Origin: Mantamonas sphyraenae STR306
Taxonomy: Eukaryota > Protista > CRuMs
Length of the DNA stretch: 64,000 nucleotides
NCBI GenBank assembly: GCA_026936335.1
Contig: JAPMXV010000007.1
Span: forward strand, 248,001 to 312,000
Direction: 5' to 3'
A program made the translations under genes and the position numbers. Shown in pieces: positions 46,628 through 59,233 of the stretch; the stretch's first letter is position 1; every line of letters begins with the position of its first letter. The notes under the pieces were generated by a model. It worked only from the letters and a program-made list of their open reading frames with translations. It was not told where the DNA came from and made no database searches.

Positions 46628-49600
46628 TCAATCCTCCTTGCTGGCGTCAAAGGAGATGTACCGCCTGCGATACAGATAGTAGCTGATGGCCAACGAGATA
46701 AGGATGACCACAAGGGTGCCGACAATGGCCAGGGTGCTGACAAGCTCGCTGAGGGGGCCACCAAAGACCTCGACGGCAAACTCGAGTTCGAGCTCGCAGT
46801 AGCTGACATCGGGGGCCACCACCTTGACACGAAAGACAAAGAGACCATCGCGACCTGTGAAACGCAGTGCACTGAAACCTGTGCCATTGAGGATGGGGTA
46901 CGGGGTGTCTGCCAAGCGACGTTGCCTCTCGTCCTGGGTCAGGGAGGCCTCGTCGCCTGTGGGTGGAGCAAAGCAATGTTGGTAGCTCTGACGGGACCAA
47001 GCATTGGCTGGCTGGTTGTTGGCAGCCTTGAGCTGGGTGTCCCACACCTGGGGCATTCGTTTACACCCCACAGACTGGGCAGTGGCATTGTACGAATAGT
47101 CGAAGCGACCGTTGACGTCGTAGATGACATAGTCTGCGTTGAGGGTGCCCACGCGTGTGTCGCCGTCGTAAATGTCAAAGGCAGGCAGATAGGCAGACGC
47201 GCCGTGAAAGACGCGTGCAGGACAGCCCAGGCGAGCGTAGTCGTAGGTGAGACCCGTGCGGTCGGTGCCCACAGGAGTGCCCGAGTAGTCGGGATTGCTG
47301 ACACTGCCTGGCACAGAGTAGGTGTGGCTGGCGCCGCCTGGTTTGTATGCATCGCAATTGGCACGCTGGTTGGCCCGCAGCACCAGGCGACGGTTGGGTG
47401 GGCATCCCACACGGACGCGTGCCACATGTTGAGGGGCATCACAGGCCAGAGAGGTGGATGCTGGGACCACACGCACGTCTGTTTCGCCCTGGGCCTGTTG
47501 ACGCTGGGCAAACGAGGTGGAGAAGCGTCCGCGTTCGACCACGTCAACCTGTGTCTGCTTGCGTGTGACCGAGGTGGTGGCAGTGACAAACACGGGTGTG
47601 CGTGTGGTGGCCACAGACTGAAAGGCAATAAAGGTGAGGTCGGAGGTGGAGACACTCATGTCGTTGCTGAATCCAGGTTTGGGTGTCAGCGAGGTCTCCA
47701 GACGCAGACGTTCGCCCAGATCCAGGTAGGACACAGAAGGCAGGTTGTCGCTGCGATCAAAGTATGTACAGGACAGCGGTGGATTGGAGGCCACAGGCAC
47801 GCGTGTGGCACTCAATTCGTTGTCCAGAGGCACCGCACGTGTGTGCACCCAGCCATTGCCACCCGCCTGGTTGTTGTTGTTGTTGTTGCTGCTGCTGTTG
47901 CTGATGTCCACACTCAGCACCTGCAGCGTGGAGGCCAGGGAAAAGGAAAGGCTGGCCGAGGCCTGGTTGCGACCGATGCCACTCTGCAGCTCCACGGTGT
48001 CCGCCACCCCAGACTTGCCCACAAACACACGCTTCCAATTGGTCAACACGGCATAGTTGCCATTCAAGGCGGTGGCCACCTGTTCCACGTGTTCTGTGGC
48101 TGCCAGTCCCTTGGCAGGGCGTGCGGGATCCCTCGAGGTCAATTGCGAGGGGACAAAGGTCACACCGCCATCGACACTGTACAACACAGCGTCACCGTAG
48201 ACCAGCAGCTCACCCGAACCACTGGCAAAGGTGGTCATGGCAGGCACACTTGCAGAGCGGCCTGTGACACTGAGATCACCCGTGAGCGATGCCAGCTGCG
48301 ACCACACTTGTGGCACCAGGCCATAGCGCAGCAAGATGTTCACGCCTGCCTTGCGTGCCAACACCAGATGGGCATTGGCACTGGCCAAGTGTTCGGCCTG
48401 GTACACGACATCGCCATTGGCCAGGCCATGCCCTGTGGGCAGGGTGGAGAAGGAGCGACCGGCGTCGGTGGACATCCACAGTGCTGTGGTTGTGCCTGTG
48501 CCGACGTTGGTGCGCCAGGCAAAGAGGATGCTGTTGGAGGGTGCACTGGCACCGGATTGGGTGCGCAGTGGGTTGCAGTAGGGCAGTTGACTGAGGTGGG
48601 TCAGATCAAAGGAGGAGGAAGGATAGGAGGAGGGAAAGGAGGCAGACACAAAGGTGAGCGAATCGGAGGTGCTGACCACACCCGTGTTTGTGAGCAACAC
48701 CAGACGACCCGAAAGCAACGCCACGTCACGCAGGGTGTTGCTTCCCGATGGCAACACGGACGATGCCACAGCCAGCCATTCCGTGTCACTTCCCTGCCAT
48801 TGGGTTTGACTGAACAGCAGTGCAGTGCTACTGGACAACGAACCAGCCGTCAGCGTTGGCAACGCCGCCACCACGTTGCCCGCACAGGCATCGACACGTG
48901 CACGCAACGCACCAAACACGGCATTGGAGGAGGGTGTGGCACGCGTGTACGCGGCATTGGAGGAGGAGGAGGAGGAGGAGGAGGAGGAGGAGGAGGAGGA
49001 GCTCAAGGCGGATGGGCTGGCTGGCACATGGCCGGTCAGCGAAAGGACGGCGGCACGGTCTTCCACCAGGCAGTTGAGGACACTGATGGCATTGCTGGAG
49101 AGGACAAAAGGCAACGAGGATGGAATGGGAGCATCGGCATTGACACGCAGAGTCATGGTCCACACAGCCAGGGCTGAATCAAAGGCAAGGGCACTCGCCT
49201 GCACGGTGATCCTCTGTAGATGGGCAGGCAGCGAGGGGAATGTCACCTCTGGACTGCTGCCCAGTCGTTGGTACATTCGGCTCAGTTGTGCCGACACTGC
49301 TGATGGGCTGGTGGCTGTGCCGTTTGTTTCGTCGGCCGCGGCCCGGCTGGCATCCAGCACCCACACACGCGCCGTAAACTGAGCGCCTGCGCCTGTGCGC
49401 CCCACAGGCAACTGAAGCCTCGTAAAAGCAGACGATGGGATGGCGGAGGTGTCTGATGCAGACACAATGGCCATGTACCATTGGTAGCACGGCGCAGACT
49501 GCTCCAGGTTGAGGAAGAAGGAATCGCGCTGGCCGTTGGTCTCGACGGCGAAACGGTGTTGGCCACGCGTGGTGCAGAAGACCTGCACAGAGGTCACATT

Positions 49601-49915
49601 GGCAACCTGTGTGTACGCACCACTGCTGTGTGTGCTCACCCAGCCTGAAGATTGGCTGGGTTGCACCACCGAACAGGCTGTGGGCACGCGCCAACGCAGG
49701 TCGCTGCCCTGAACCGAACTCCCGTTGGCCAGCGACACAAACGTCAGCTCGATGGTCTCTTTGGTGCGCAACACCGAGCTGTCCATGCCCAAACTGCGGT
49801 AGTGGACTCGGAAGTGGCCGAATTCGTCGTCGGATGCTGCTGCCCATGTGCAGGTGGCACCCAGCAGCAGCAGCGTGCAAACGACAACACAAGCCAACAG
49901 CACGCCCTTGGACAT
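46628..49915 (-). CDS. CatSper auxiliary subunit epsilon/delta-like type-I membrane protein (about 1,095 aa, intronless)
   Basis: Signal peptide and large ectodomain. The C-terminal VGCPP, YDYARLGCP, ADYVIYDVNGRFDYSYN, GC...PQVW, W....YQHCF, PYPILN, G.FVFRVKVV.P..SYCEL...FAVEVFG and single TM helix match the CATSPERE/D C-terminal pattern. Confidence 0.8.
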   Translation of the reverse strand: MSKGVLLACVVVCTLLLLGATCTWAAASDDEFGHFRVHYRSLGMDSSVLRTKETIELTFVSLANGSSVQGSDLRWRVPTACSVVQPSQSSGWVSTHSSGAYTQVANVTSVQVFCTTRGQHRFAVETNGQRDSFFLNLEQSAPCYQWYMAIVSASDTSAIPSSAFTRLQLPVGRTGAGAQFTARVWVLDASRAAADETNGTATSPSAVSAQLSRMYQRLGSSPEVTFPSLPAHLQRITVQASALAFDSALAVWTMTLRVNADAPIPSSLPFVLSSNAISVLNCLVEDRAAVLSLTGHVPASPSALSSSSSSSSSSSSSSSNAAYTRATPSSNAVFGALRARVDACAGNVVAALPTLTAGSLSSSTALLFSQTQWQGSDTEWLAVASSVLPSGSNTLRDVALLSGRLVLLTNTGVVSTSDSLTFVSASFPSSYPSSSFDLTHLSQLPYCNPLRTQSGASAPSNSILFAWRTNVGTGTTTALWMSTDAGRSFSTLPTGHGLANGDVVYQAEHLASANAHLVLARKAGVNILLRYGLVPQVWSQLASLTGDLSVTGRSASVPAMTTFASGSGELLVYGDAVLYSVDGGVTFVPSQLTSRDPARPAKGLAATEHVEQVATALNGNYAVLTNWKRVFVGKSGVADTVELQSGIGRNQASASLSFSLASTLQVLSVDISNSSSNNNNNNQAGGNGWVHTRAVPLDNELSATRVPVASNPPLSCTYFDRSDNLPSVSYLDLGERLRLETSLTPKPGFSNDMSVSTSDLTFIAFQSVATTRTPVFVTATTSVTRKQTQVDVVERGRFSTSFAQRQQAQGETDVRVVPASTSLACDAPQHVARVRVGCPPNRRLVLRANQRANCDAYKPGGASHTYSVPGSVSNPDYSGTPVGTDRTGLTYDYARLGCPARVFHGASAYLPAFDIYDGDTRVGTLNADYVIYDVNGRFDYSYNATAQSVGCKRMPQVWDTQLKAANNQPANAWSRQSYQHCFAPPTGDEASLTQDERQRRLADTPYPILNGTGFSALRFTGRDGLFVFRVKVVAPDVSYCELELEFAVEVFGGPLSELVSTLAIVGTLVVILISLAISYYLYRRRYISFDASKED
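48959..49001. repeat. (GGA)n trinucleotide repeat encoding poly-Ser in the CatSper-like gene
   Basis: About 14 GGA units. Confidence 0.9.
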
Positions 49916-50042
49916 CTCTCTTGGGTTGGCCACACAAGCGCACATGACACCAAACAAGAGCCCATGGACACACACACACACACACTCCCTCTCTCTCTCT
50001 CTCTCTGTGGAACACACACTCACAATGTGGACTTCATTTCGC

Positions 50043-53000
50043 TCAGGATGAGGAAGAGGAGGAGGACGACGAGGCACCAGCTTCGTCTTCGCCCTGCGTA
50101 CCCTTGCCACTGGCTTCCTCATCCTCACCACTGTTGTCCATGGGCACGGATCGAATGTTGCATGTGCTGATGGGTCCCACGCCATTGTCGTAGTCGCGCC
50201 GTTCGTAAAAGAGCAAATAGGCCGAGTTGCTCTTGATGTTGTCGCCTGCCTTGCGACAGGATGTGTCGTTGAACGAGTACCATTGGCCGTTGTAGTGGTT
50301 CTTGGCATATGCTGTGTAGTGGCCAAAGCCCATGCCACCGCTGTGGTTGCTCACTCCGTACAGGTCATACACCGCCTTTTCGCCGTTGGGTCCACACACA
50401 AACTGCGACAAATCCAGCCCCTCGATGGGAAAGTCCACAAAGGTGGTCAGCTTGTTGGCTGTGTAGCGTCCTCGGAAGCGTTTGAGGTGGATGACCAGCA
50501 CCTGGGGCATGGACCACAGGTCAAACTTCTTCGTGGCCCTTTGGTGCTCCCTGCACGAGCTGCAGTACCACATGTCGTTCTCACCCAGCGTCTCCTGCGC
50601 CAGATATTTGCGCATGCAGTCTTCCAGACCAATGCCAGCTTGCTTCTTGCCCCCCTTCTCCTTCATCGCCCTCACCGATGCGTGAAGCGACACCATGTTC
50701 AGGTTCTTTTCGGCCAGGTTGTCCAGGTTGGTCCACAGGATCTGCATGTGCACCACCCTGTCCTTCACTGCCACGGGCTGGTCGTTCTCCTCCACGTCTG
50801 TGTACGAACGCTTGTGGATCAAACGCAGCGTGAAGCTGTCGTCACCCTTGAGCTGGTCCACAAGCACGTCGCCATCGCCATCCCCTGTCTCCTGTTGCTC
50901 CTCCTGCTCCTCCCCCTGTGTTTCTTGTGTATCACCCTCTGTAGCTCCTGCTCCACCCTCCTCTTGTGTCTGGGAGGCACCGGCAGACGAAGAGGAGCCA
51001 GCCTCCTCCTCGCTACCGGCGTTGCCACCATTGCTGCTGCTGCTGCTGCTACTGCCGCCGTCGGTGGTCTCTGGGTGCTCCTGTTCGTACAGGGGCTTGA
51101 GATAGTAGCGTATCTGTTGGCGCACAAGGCGGTACAGGTCTGCGTTGGTTGTGTTTTCACTGTCAAACGACACCATGGTGGGAAAGCCAAAGATGGCCTC
51201 CTTAAACTCGGGCTGCTTGTTGAACAGCGTCTTGCTGTACTTGGGATTCTTGACCAGCTTTGCGTGTTGCAGAGTGCACACCACGGTGCGCATGCGCGTG
51301 CGCAGGGCCTCCTTCTGCTCCTCGCTCATCGTCTTGCTCTTGATCTTCTTGTTGCCCAGGCTCAAGTAGGTCTTTGAGGAGTAGGGCATGGCAGCGGTGG
51401 GTTCCAGCTTCTCCATGGTCTCAAAGGCAAAGGTGACGTCGTTGGACTTGATGTCTCGCATGGTGCGGTAGTCCGGCAGCAGGTTGTACACCTTGTTTTG
51501 GTAGACGTCGCCCAGGGTCAGCCGTGCAGCTGGGATGCCCACCATGTCCGAGATGGTTTGACGCATGTCACCAATGCTGGCTGTGCTGGAAATGGCAAAG
51601 GAGATCTTGAGAGGAGGTTTGCTGGAGGGGCGGTTGCTTGCGCCTGCACGCACCACGTACACCTCCACGTTGCGGTCGTTTTGCACTGGCAGCGGCAGGC
51701 TCAGGTACATAAAGGGATCAAAGGTGACGCTGACCTTGGCGCATTTGGGACACTCGATGCGCGACTTGAGCTGGCCCTGGAAGAGATCGACCACGTAGCT
51801 TCGGTTGCGCAGCAGATGCTGATCCCACGCCTCTGCCGCTGCCGTCACGTCGTCCTTGTCACCGGCCTCCTCCTTTTCTGTGTTGGGCTTGTCATACACC
51901 AGGTTCAAATCCTCATGCAGACCGTCCAGCAGAAAGGCCACCAGCTCCTGCGAGTCCTGCTGCGCAAAGCCACTAAACTGCGGCGCAAACTTGCCGATGG
52001 TGCGCTTGAACGCAGACGGGGTCACCACACTGCTGTTGGTTGTCCACATGGTCTTGATGAGCTTGGCGTACGAGGTGACCACCTGTCCACCGCTGCCCAG
52101 CACGTTGTCCTTGTTCACGTGTGGCTTGTACTGGTCCAGCAGGAAGTAGCGTGTCAACAGCTCCGTGTTGCTCAGACACTGCAGTGCCGAGTTCATGAAA
52201 CACGTGTTGCCCAGGTTCGACAGGCCCACCTTGCCGTTCAACCGTTGGATGTCCAACTCCCCATACTGGTCGTGCAGATCCACATCCACCAACGACGACT
52301 CTAGCTCCTGTGCTCTCTTCTTGGCACGTGCTGCGTGGTGAGGAAGGAGGGGGGGGGGGGGGGGGGGGCAGTGTGAGTGCTCTCTGTGTCTCTGTCTCTC
52401 TGCCTCTCCCTCTCTCTCTTTGGATGTTGCTGCGTACCTGTGCGTTCCCGAGGCCACACCGAGCCGCGACGCAGCTCGCACAAGAGGGTGTCATCCATGT
52501 CCAAGCCCACATCCTCCAGATACACCATGTCACTGGTCACCAGTTCGGGCTCAGTGCCCGCACGCTCCACCCAAAAGCGTGCGTTTTCCGTCTTGGACTT
52601 GAACCGCTTGGCGATGGCCTTGAGACACGGCGTTACTTTCTGCCGCCGCGACTGTACCAGCTGCACCCTGTCCTTGGGATTGGCCGACTTGTTGCCCGTG
52701 GTGATATCGCACTTGACGACGTAGAGACGCAACCAGTGCACCTCTACAAGCAGGTCGTTGCCCTGCTTGATCACCGAGCGCCGGAACTTGTGTGTGAATC
52801 CATACCTGCAGGGCGTGTGTGCGTGTGTTCAGTGTCCACACCAGTCATCCATGGGTCGCACAGATGTGTGTACAGGCGTAGCATGCACAAGTGTTTGCAC
52901 AAGGTGTGTGAGTGGGCGTGTGGGGACAGCGTGGGGTGTGAGCAATTCGCGTTTGTGTCCGCTGAGGGAGGGTTCCGGCGACTGGGAACACGTGGCCGGC

Positions 53001-53539
53001 GGCAGGCGCAGGGATGGCATCACAGAGACACGGGAGACACACACATACCATCCCACCAGCTGTTCCCACACATTGGCACGCAACAGCACATAGTCAATGC
53101 TCTCGCGCACGTCAAGGCGCAGTTTGTACAACTTGATTTCTGTGTTTTCCACAAGCTCGCTGTTGTCCACGACCCCTGGCGACTCGTTCAGCGCCCCATC
53201 GTCGCCATCGTCGCCATCGTCGCCATCTGCCTCGCCAGTGTCTTCTGTGTCTGCATTCTCGTCCTCTTCGCCCTCCTGGGTATCCTCTACATCCTCCTCC
53301 TCGCCTCCAGCCGCTGCGGCAACCGCCGCATCGTCCGCTGCCTCCTTGGCTTCTTGCTCGCTCAGCGGAAAGTCGACGTAGCGGCGCCAGGCAGCCCACC
53401 ACTTGGCCGAGGTGACAAAGTACACGTCCCCCTCCTTATCTTGGCCCTGCTGTTCCTCCTCCCACTGCTTGTCCAACGCAAGGATGGCCTCCCGCTGGGC
53501 TGACGCGCTCGGCAGCTCCTCGACAGTGGGTTCGGCCAT
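50043..53539 (-). CDS. USP4/11/15-type deubiquitinase (DUSP-UBL-USP); 2 introns
   Basis: DUSP (YFVTSAKWWAAWRRYV, PGVVDNSEL), GLSNLGNTCFMNSALQCL, QQDSQE, DGLHEDLN, FDPFMYLSLP, WYC..C..H..ATKK, HLKRF, YDLYGVSNHSGGMGFGHYTAY. Confidence 0.93.
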
Positions 53540-53639
53540 CTGAATCGGTGGTCCAGCTCGCGCACGACGACGACACCACCCAGGACCCAGGACAAGGGGA
53601 GCAACATGAGGAAGTGGATGGTATGTGTGTGTACTGCGA

Positions 53640-56626
53640 TCATCCGTCAAAGCCAATGTCGATGCTGGAGAGGGTGTTGCGGATCTTGAGGATGGCCTCC
53701 TGGATGTCGGAGTACACACCCAGGTTGACACTGGACATGGGTCGCAGGGCCTGTGTGGCTTCTTCCAACACCATCGACACCTCGGCTGGGGTCAGACTCT
53801 GCTCAGACACTGCCTGCAACTTGAGCAACAACGACACACACCGGGTCACCATGTCCATCACCTCCTGGCTGGTCGGTGTCGGTGTCGTCGATGTCGTCGT
53901 CGTGCTTGTGCTTGTGTTTGTCACCACTTCTTCCTCCATACCCTGGTTCAGTGGCTCCTCCCCTGTGCCCTCGTTGGCCAGTTCGTACTGCACGTTCATC
54001 TCGCCCAGCTTGCCTCGGATCGACTCCACCAGACTCTTGGCTGTCTCTGCACACGAGTGAGACACATCCAACACAACGCTCTGTCGCACGTCACTCGGTG
54101 TCCCTGCTCCCTGCCGCTCGTGTGGACTGGTGTTGCTGCTACCGGCAGTTGTGGTGGTTGTGGTCGTCGTCGTCGTCGTCGTCGTCGTCCCTGTGCCACT
54201 TCCACTTCCACTCACATCCATGTCGTCCCTGAACAGAGTCTTTGCACGCATGGCTGCGTGGCTGTTGACCATGCCGTCTCCATGCTGCTGCATGCCCATG
54301 GTGCCTGGTGCGCTTGGGCTTGTCAACCCTCCTGTGGTGGCTCCTCCTCCTCCTCCTCCTCCTCCTCCCGACGGTGTGCCAAGTGTGGATGTGCCACTGG
54401 CCCCTCGTCCAGGCGTCCTCGGACTTGTCTTTGGCCTTGCACGCAGCTTCAGCAGAGGCAGCTTCAGCGTGGCATTGCACTTTTCCAGTTCCATCAGACA
54501 CAACGCGTACAGCTTCTTGAACTTCTCGTCGAATCGGAACCTGGCCCGTGTGCCATCGCCTGTGGCACCCTCCTCCTTCATCATATCCTCGTCATCATCA
54601 TGTCCAGCTGCGCTTGCTGTAGCACTCTCCTTCAGCTGTGCGCCCATCTTGTTCAACTCGTGGATCTTGGCCAACAAGCCTTCCTTGCGCTTCAGCGTGC
54701 GTATCACCACAGCCACCAGACGCACGTCCATGTTGGGTGAATACTCTCCCGTGGCTGCTGCACTGCTGCTCAGCGCCGATCCAGGGGTCATCACACCCTG
54801 CACGCCCACGGGGGAAAACGCAAACGCATCCCTCTCTGTGTTGACACGCATGCGCTTGGAATCCCCCCCTTGCTCCGTCCCTTCGCCTGACGCAGTGCCA
54901 CTTTCCCCGTCGCCACTCTCCCCTACGCCTCCTCCCTGTGTCCGAGCAATGGCCCCCCGTTGCTGTTGCTGCTGCTCGGCGTCGTGTGTGCCCACTCCAC
55001 CTGCGTCCGCACCCATCACCAACTCCCGTTTGCGTTTGGCAGACGCTGCCGAGGCTGACGACGGGGTGTTTCGCTGTCGCCACTCGCTGTACGTCTGCTC
55101 CATGTGCCTGGGCATGACAAGGGTGTCCTGCACCAACACATCGTGTTCATCCATGCCCTCCTTGGCCTGCGCGTGGATTTTGTACATGTACGTCTCCCTG
55201 TCGTACGACAACACAATGCCCTTGCACATTTCGTAGCTTTCCGGGTGCACAAAGCTCACCTGGCTGCCATTGGCAATGAGGGAGGGCACCTGTCGCGGCA
55301 GGCCGTTCTCGTCCAACATCCGGTCTTCAATCACCTCCGATCCCAGTTGGATGGTGCGCACATCCTCCCTGTTCTGTTGCAACTTGTCCAACTCCTCCTG
55401 CACAAATGCACGCGAGAAGCGTCGCGGTTTGCCCATGGCCATGCGCACCTGGGTCCACTCACGACGTGTCAGCCGCGTCACCCTTCCCAGGCCCATGTCG
55501 TTCAGACAGTCCTGAAACTCGTTGTGGCCCAGGTAGCTGCTGTCAATGGGTGAGTTGAACCATTCATGGATGCACCATCGGCGTGTCTTTGCATGCAGTC
55601 CGTTGCGAAGACGGTTTCGGTTGTCCATGGACACTTCGTCCAGCAACGGGGACACCCCACCACCACCACCACCCATGCTCCCACCCAACAGTCCTGCTGC
55701 CGTTCCTCCTCCTCCTCCTCCTCTTCCCTTGGTCCCACTGCCATTGCCAAGGTGTGCTTTGCGCCGCAGCTTGGCTGGCAGCACCTGCTCACGCGTCACC
55801 GTTTCCAGTGCACCAACGCCCCCATCCAGAGGCGATTTCGCACGCAATGATCGTCCTCCGCGTGTCTCTTCCCCCTGTGTCTGTGTCCCTTCTGTCGTTG
55901 CCTCTCTCTTGTCCTCTTCCGCTGCTCCTCCACCCGTCGTCGTCTGTGCCCTCTCGTTCTCCACCCACGTCGCAACTGTGTGGAGTGTATGTGTGTGTGT
56001 GTGTGTGTGACACAGAAGCACATGGGTTGGTCATGGGTCAGTGTGTGGCTCATACAATGCCAGTTGCTGATTGAATGTGTGTGTGTGTGTGTGTGTGTGT
56101 GGGTTGCAACGCGTGCGTTTGAAATTGCACCGCCTGCCGTTTGACGTGTGCTCCCTTTCCTACGCCTGTTGGCCTTGTTGCTGTGCCACAGTCTGCTTCT
56201 CACTCCCGTCAACTGACCTGTATCCGGCACGTCGGGATAGGCAAGTGTGTTGTAAAAGGCCTGTGTTGCAGTGTGCAGGTGTTGGGCGTCCAGGCCGATG
56301 CCTCCAGCTCGGGCCTGCTCCGCATCGCTGCCCCAGGCGGCCAACACCGCGTCCAGATACGATTGGTGGAGTTGTACAAAGGCACGCACACGAGCAGCAT
56401 TGCATCCTCGGATCTTGCGTGCAATCTTGCCGTACTGTGGGCCCACCTCACGGTATGCGGCCACAAACTTGGCCACGTCGTCTTGGCTCCACGGTTTGCC
56501 CAAGGCCAGCAGCAGATCCAACACAGCGCCGTCCGTTTCCTCGTTCACTGCCTCACTCAACTCCTGCGCCTTTGCCACACGCGTGTCCTCTCCCGAACTG
56601 GTTTTGCGTGACGAGCGCCGTGCCAT
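53640..56626 (-). CDS. LIN9: LIN9/ALWAYS EARLY (DREAM/MuvB subunit) with N-terminal SANT-like and DIRP domains; one intron
   Basis: LGKPWSQDDVAKFVAAYRE.G (ALY-type SANT); DIRP RWCIHEWFNSPIDSSYL..NEF..CL...RLTRREW..VR.AMGKPRRFSRAFVQEE; Tudor-like segment. Confidence 0.9.
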
Positions 56627-56715
56627 GCGTGATTGAGTGTGTGTGTGGGTGGATGTGTGTGTGTGTGGGTGCGGGGGGTTTGCCTTGGCGCCGCAAACGC
56701 AAAACACCCTTTCCC

Positions 56716-59219
56716 ATGAGCCAATCCCAAGACACGGGGCTTGGTGAGGGTGGTGGTGCACGTGACACCCCACCAGGGTTCCGTCGCAAGGCAGTGTCCA
56801 ATGGCGGTGTGGGTACCCCTCGCTTGACCCCCAAACTGGGCGATTCGGTCTTTCTGCGTGGCTTTGATCATGTCTCCCGCGCAGCCACTCCCTCCAGTGA
56901 CCATGAGCAAGGATCATCGTCAAGGAACAATGACACAGACAGTGGCTTGCTTGGGGGCGCAGAGGACGAGGGACAAGGCGTGGGCCATGCCCAGTTGCTA
57001 CTGGACGACCAGGACCGACCGAGACCCTTGACACGACACGCCTCGTCCACTCGCCTGGTGGCTGAACCTGTGACCAGCAGCAGCAGCAGCGGCAGCGGTG
57101 GCCATGGCACAGACAAAGACACCCATGGAAGCAGTGGCAACAGTGGAAAGGCACAGGAGCAGCGAATCCATGGGCCTGTGTGCACACGTGGGGGCATTGT
57201 CATCCCGCCACTCACCGTCCTCATCCTCAAACTCAACCCAAAGGAGGGCGAGGAGTCTTTGTACTACGCCTACCCTCGCCAGGCTGCACACAAGGACAGT
57301 CCAGAGAGCAAGGTGCACGACAACCCTGTCGACGCCCTTGCCAACGTCATTGTGGCCATGAGCGGCTGCCTCGATGCCTTTTGTGGTCAACAGGTGAGCG
57401 AATCGAGCCAAGCGGCTTTGGCGCCAAAAAGGCAACACACATCCGCCACACCGCCCAGCAGGCACCCCACTCACACACGTGTACGCCACACCCATGACCA
57501 ATGCACACACGCCCGCTCCCACACACAAAACAAGGCTCGCTGTGGCAAGCTGCGTGTCCAGGAAGACGTGTCTGTGCAACTGAAATGGGCCGCCCGCGTG
57601 GTTGGCCCCTGGCTGGTCACGCTTGTGGTTGCCCAGGGTGCCATGCATCTCAGCGACGTCGTCCTCGTCTCTGCCGTTGACCAGTTTGTGGGCCATCTGT
57701 TTTTCCTCTTTGCTTCCATCGAAGGCGCCATGTATGGCCCTTCTGTACAGAGCGCCGCCGTGGCAGGCGCCGCCGCAGACGCCTCGGACACCTTGGCCGG
57801 CTCCTCATCCGCCGACGTGCTTAGTTCCTTGTCCCAATCATTGGCAGCCCTGGATGAAGAGGGCAATGTGATGGAGGGCGGGACCACGGAGGAAGCGGAG
57901 GAACGCGAGTTTGGACCCTGTGGCCTCGGGGCTGACCTCGACTGGAACTTGTATGACGAAATCGACCCAGTGTGTGCCTTTTACCAGCTCATTCTGTGTT
58001 CAGACATGGTTCGCAAGCACCAATTCCTCCTCACCATTCCCGATGTACGTTTCCTGTGGTTGCACACATACACCGATGGCACACACTCACTCACTCACTC
58101 ACTCACTCACTCACTCACTCACTCACTCACTCACTCACTCACTCACTCACCCACTCACCACCCCATCCACAGACTGTACAATTCTTCCCTGCGACACAGG
58201 GCATCCAGGCGGTGCTGGGCCGTCATCTCACTCAACTGGAGTCGAAGATTGACCACCAGGACAGCCAAAACATGCTCACCCACTTTGTCGTCTCCTCCTG
58301 CATATTCTACCAGGGCGTCCTCGTCCATTCCCAGATGAGCGCCTCCGATGTCACCGAGGTCACCCTCCATTGCATGCAGCGACGCGTCTTTGACCTTGCC
58401 TCCTCCTCCATTGTCGATCGCGTGTTTTCCCTCACCAGCACCTGTGCCCAACCCGAGGAACGCTTCGACACTGCATTTCGCGAGGCTCGCCATCTGCTCA
58501 TCGAGTCACAGAACGGCCTAACTGTCGCTGTGCTCTTTGTCCTGCCCTCGTCACGCAGCAGCACATCCACCTCGGCATCGCAAACACACAAGATCAATCC
58601 CCAGTTTGTGCAGGAGGTCAAGAGTCTGATTGCCGCTGTCGTGTCTGCTGGCATTGTCGATCACCTCCACGACCAGATGGTGGACAATCCCTCCGTGCAG
58701 GTGGTTAAACCCGAATCCGTCATCCGCGTGTCGGGCTTCTTCAAACGCACTGTCCGCAAGAAACTCAGCGAACAGATGGGTGCCTACCGCCTCACGGTGG
58801 GCAACCAAAACTGCCTTTTCCATTATTGCGGCTACAACGACCTCAACGGCGTCGTCGTTTCGCCCATCATCGGCTTCTCCTTCAACCTCCAGCAGTCCTT
58901 CTTCAAGGCCGCCGCCAAGATCCGCGCCAACCTCCTGCGCTTCCGCAAGCACGGCTTCCTCAACTCAAACCACTCTGCACGTGACGCACACTTTATGAAC
59001 AAGCCCTCCCTCAACAGCATGCACAGCGTCCACGAGTATGCCGTCCGCTTCCGTCACACCGAGGACGACCTTATCGACACGGCCAATTCGGTCGAGTACA
59101 CCTTTTGGGTGGTCGGCAGGGTCCTCCACAACGGCGAGTTTTACGTCTGCTTCCACGACGTAGTCCCACAGAGTGTCGTCGAGATGGCCTTCAAGAGCAT
59201 GTTTGGTGTCGGGTTGTGA
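56716..59219 (+). CDS. INTU: Inturned-like tri-longin CPLANE protein; 2 introns
   Basis: LTVGNQNCLFHY, HEYAVRF, and a C-terminal FWVVGR....EFYVCFHDVVPQSVVEMAFKSMFG matching the INTU third longin domain. Confidence 0.78.
58085..58150. repeat. (TCAC)n tetranucleotide microsatellite in an INTU intron
   Basis: About 16 perfect TCAC units, read directly. Confidence 0.95.
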
Positions 59220-59233
59220 ATGAATGATGCAAA

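Noticed and set aside
46922-52304. Long + strand ORFs opposite the CatSper-like and USP genes
   Set aside because: Same antisense-shadow effect; no recognisable domains.
57972-58200. HSLT/THSL peptide repeats and poly-HT or poly-VC stretches in ORF translations
   Set aside because: These are translations of intronic (TCAC)n and (CA)n microsatellites, not real protein repeats.
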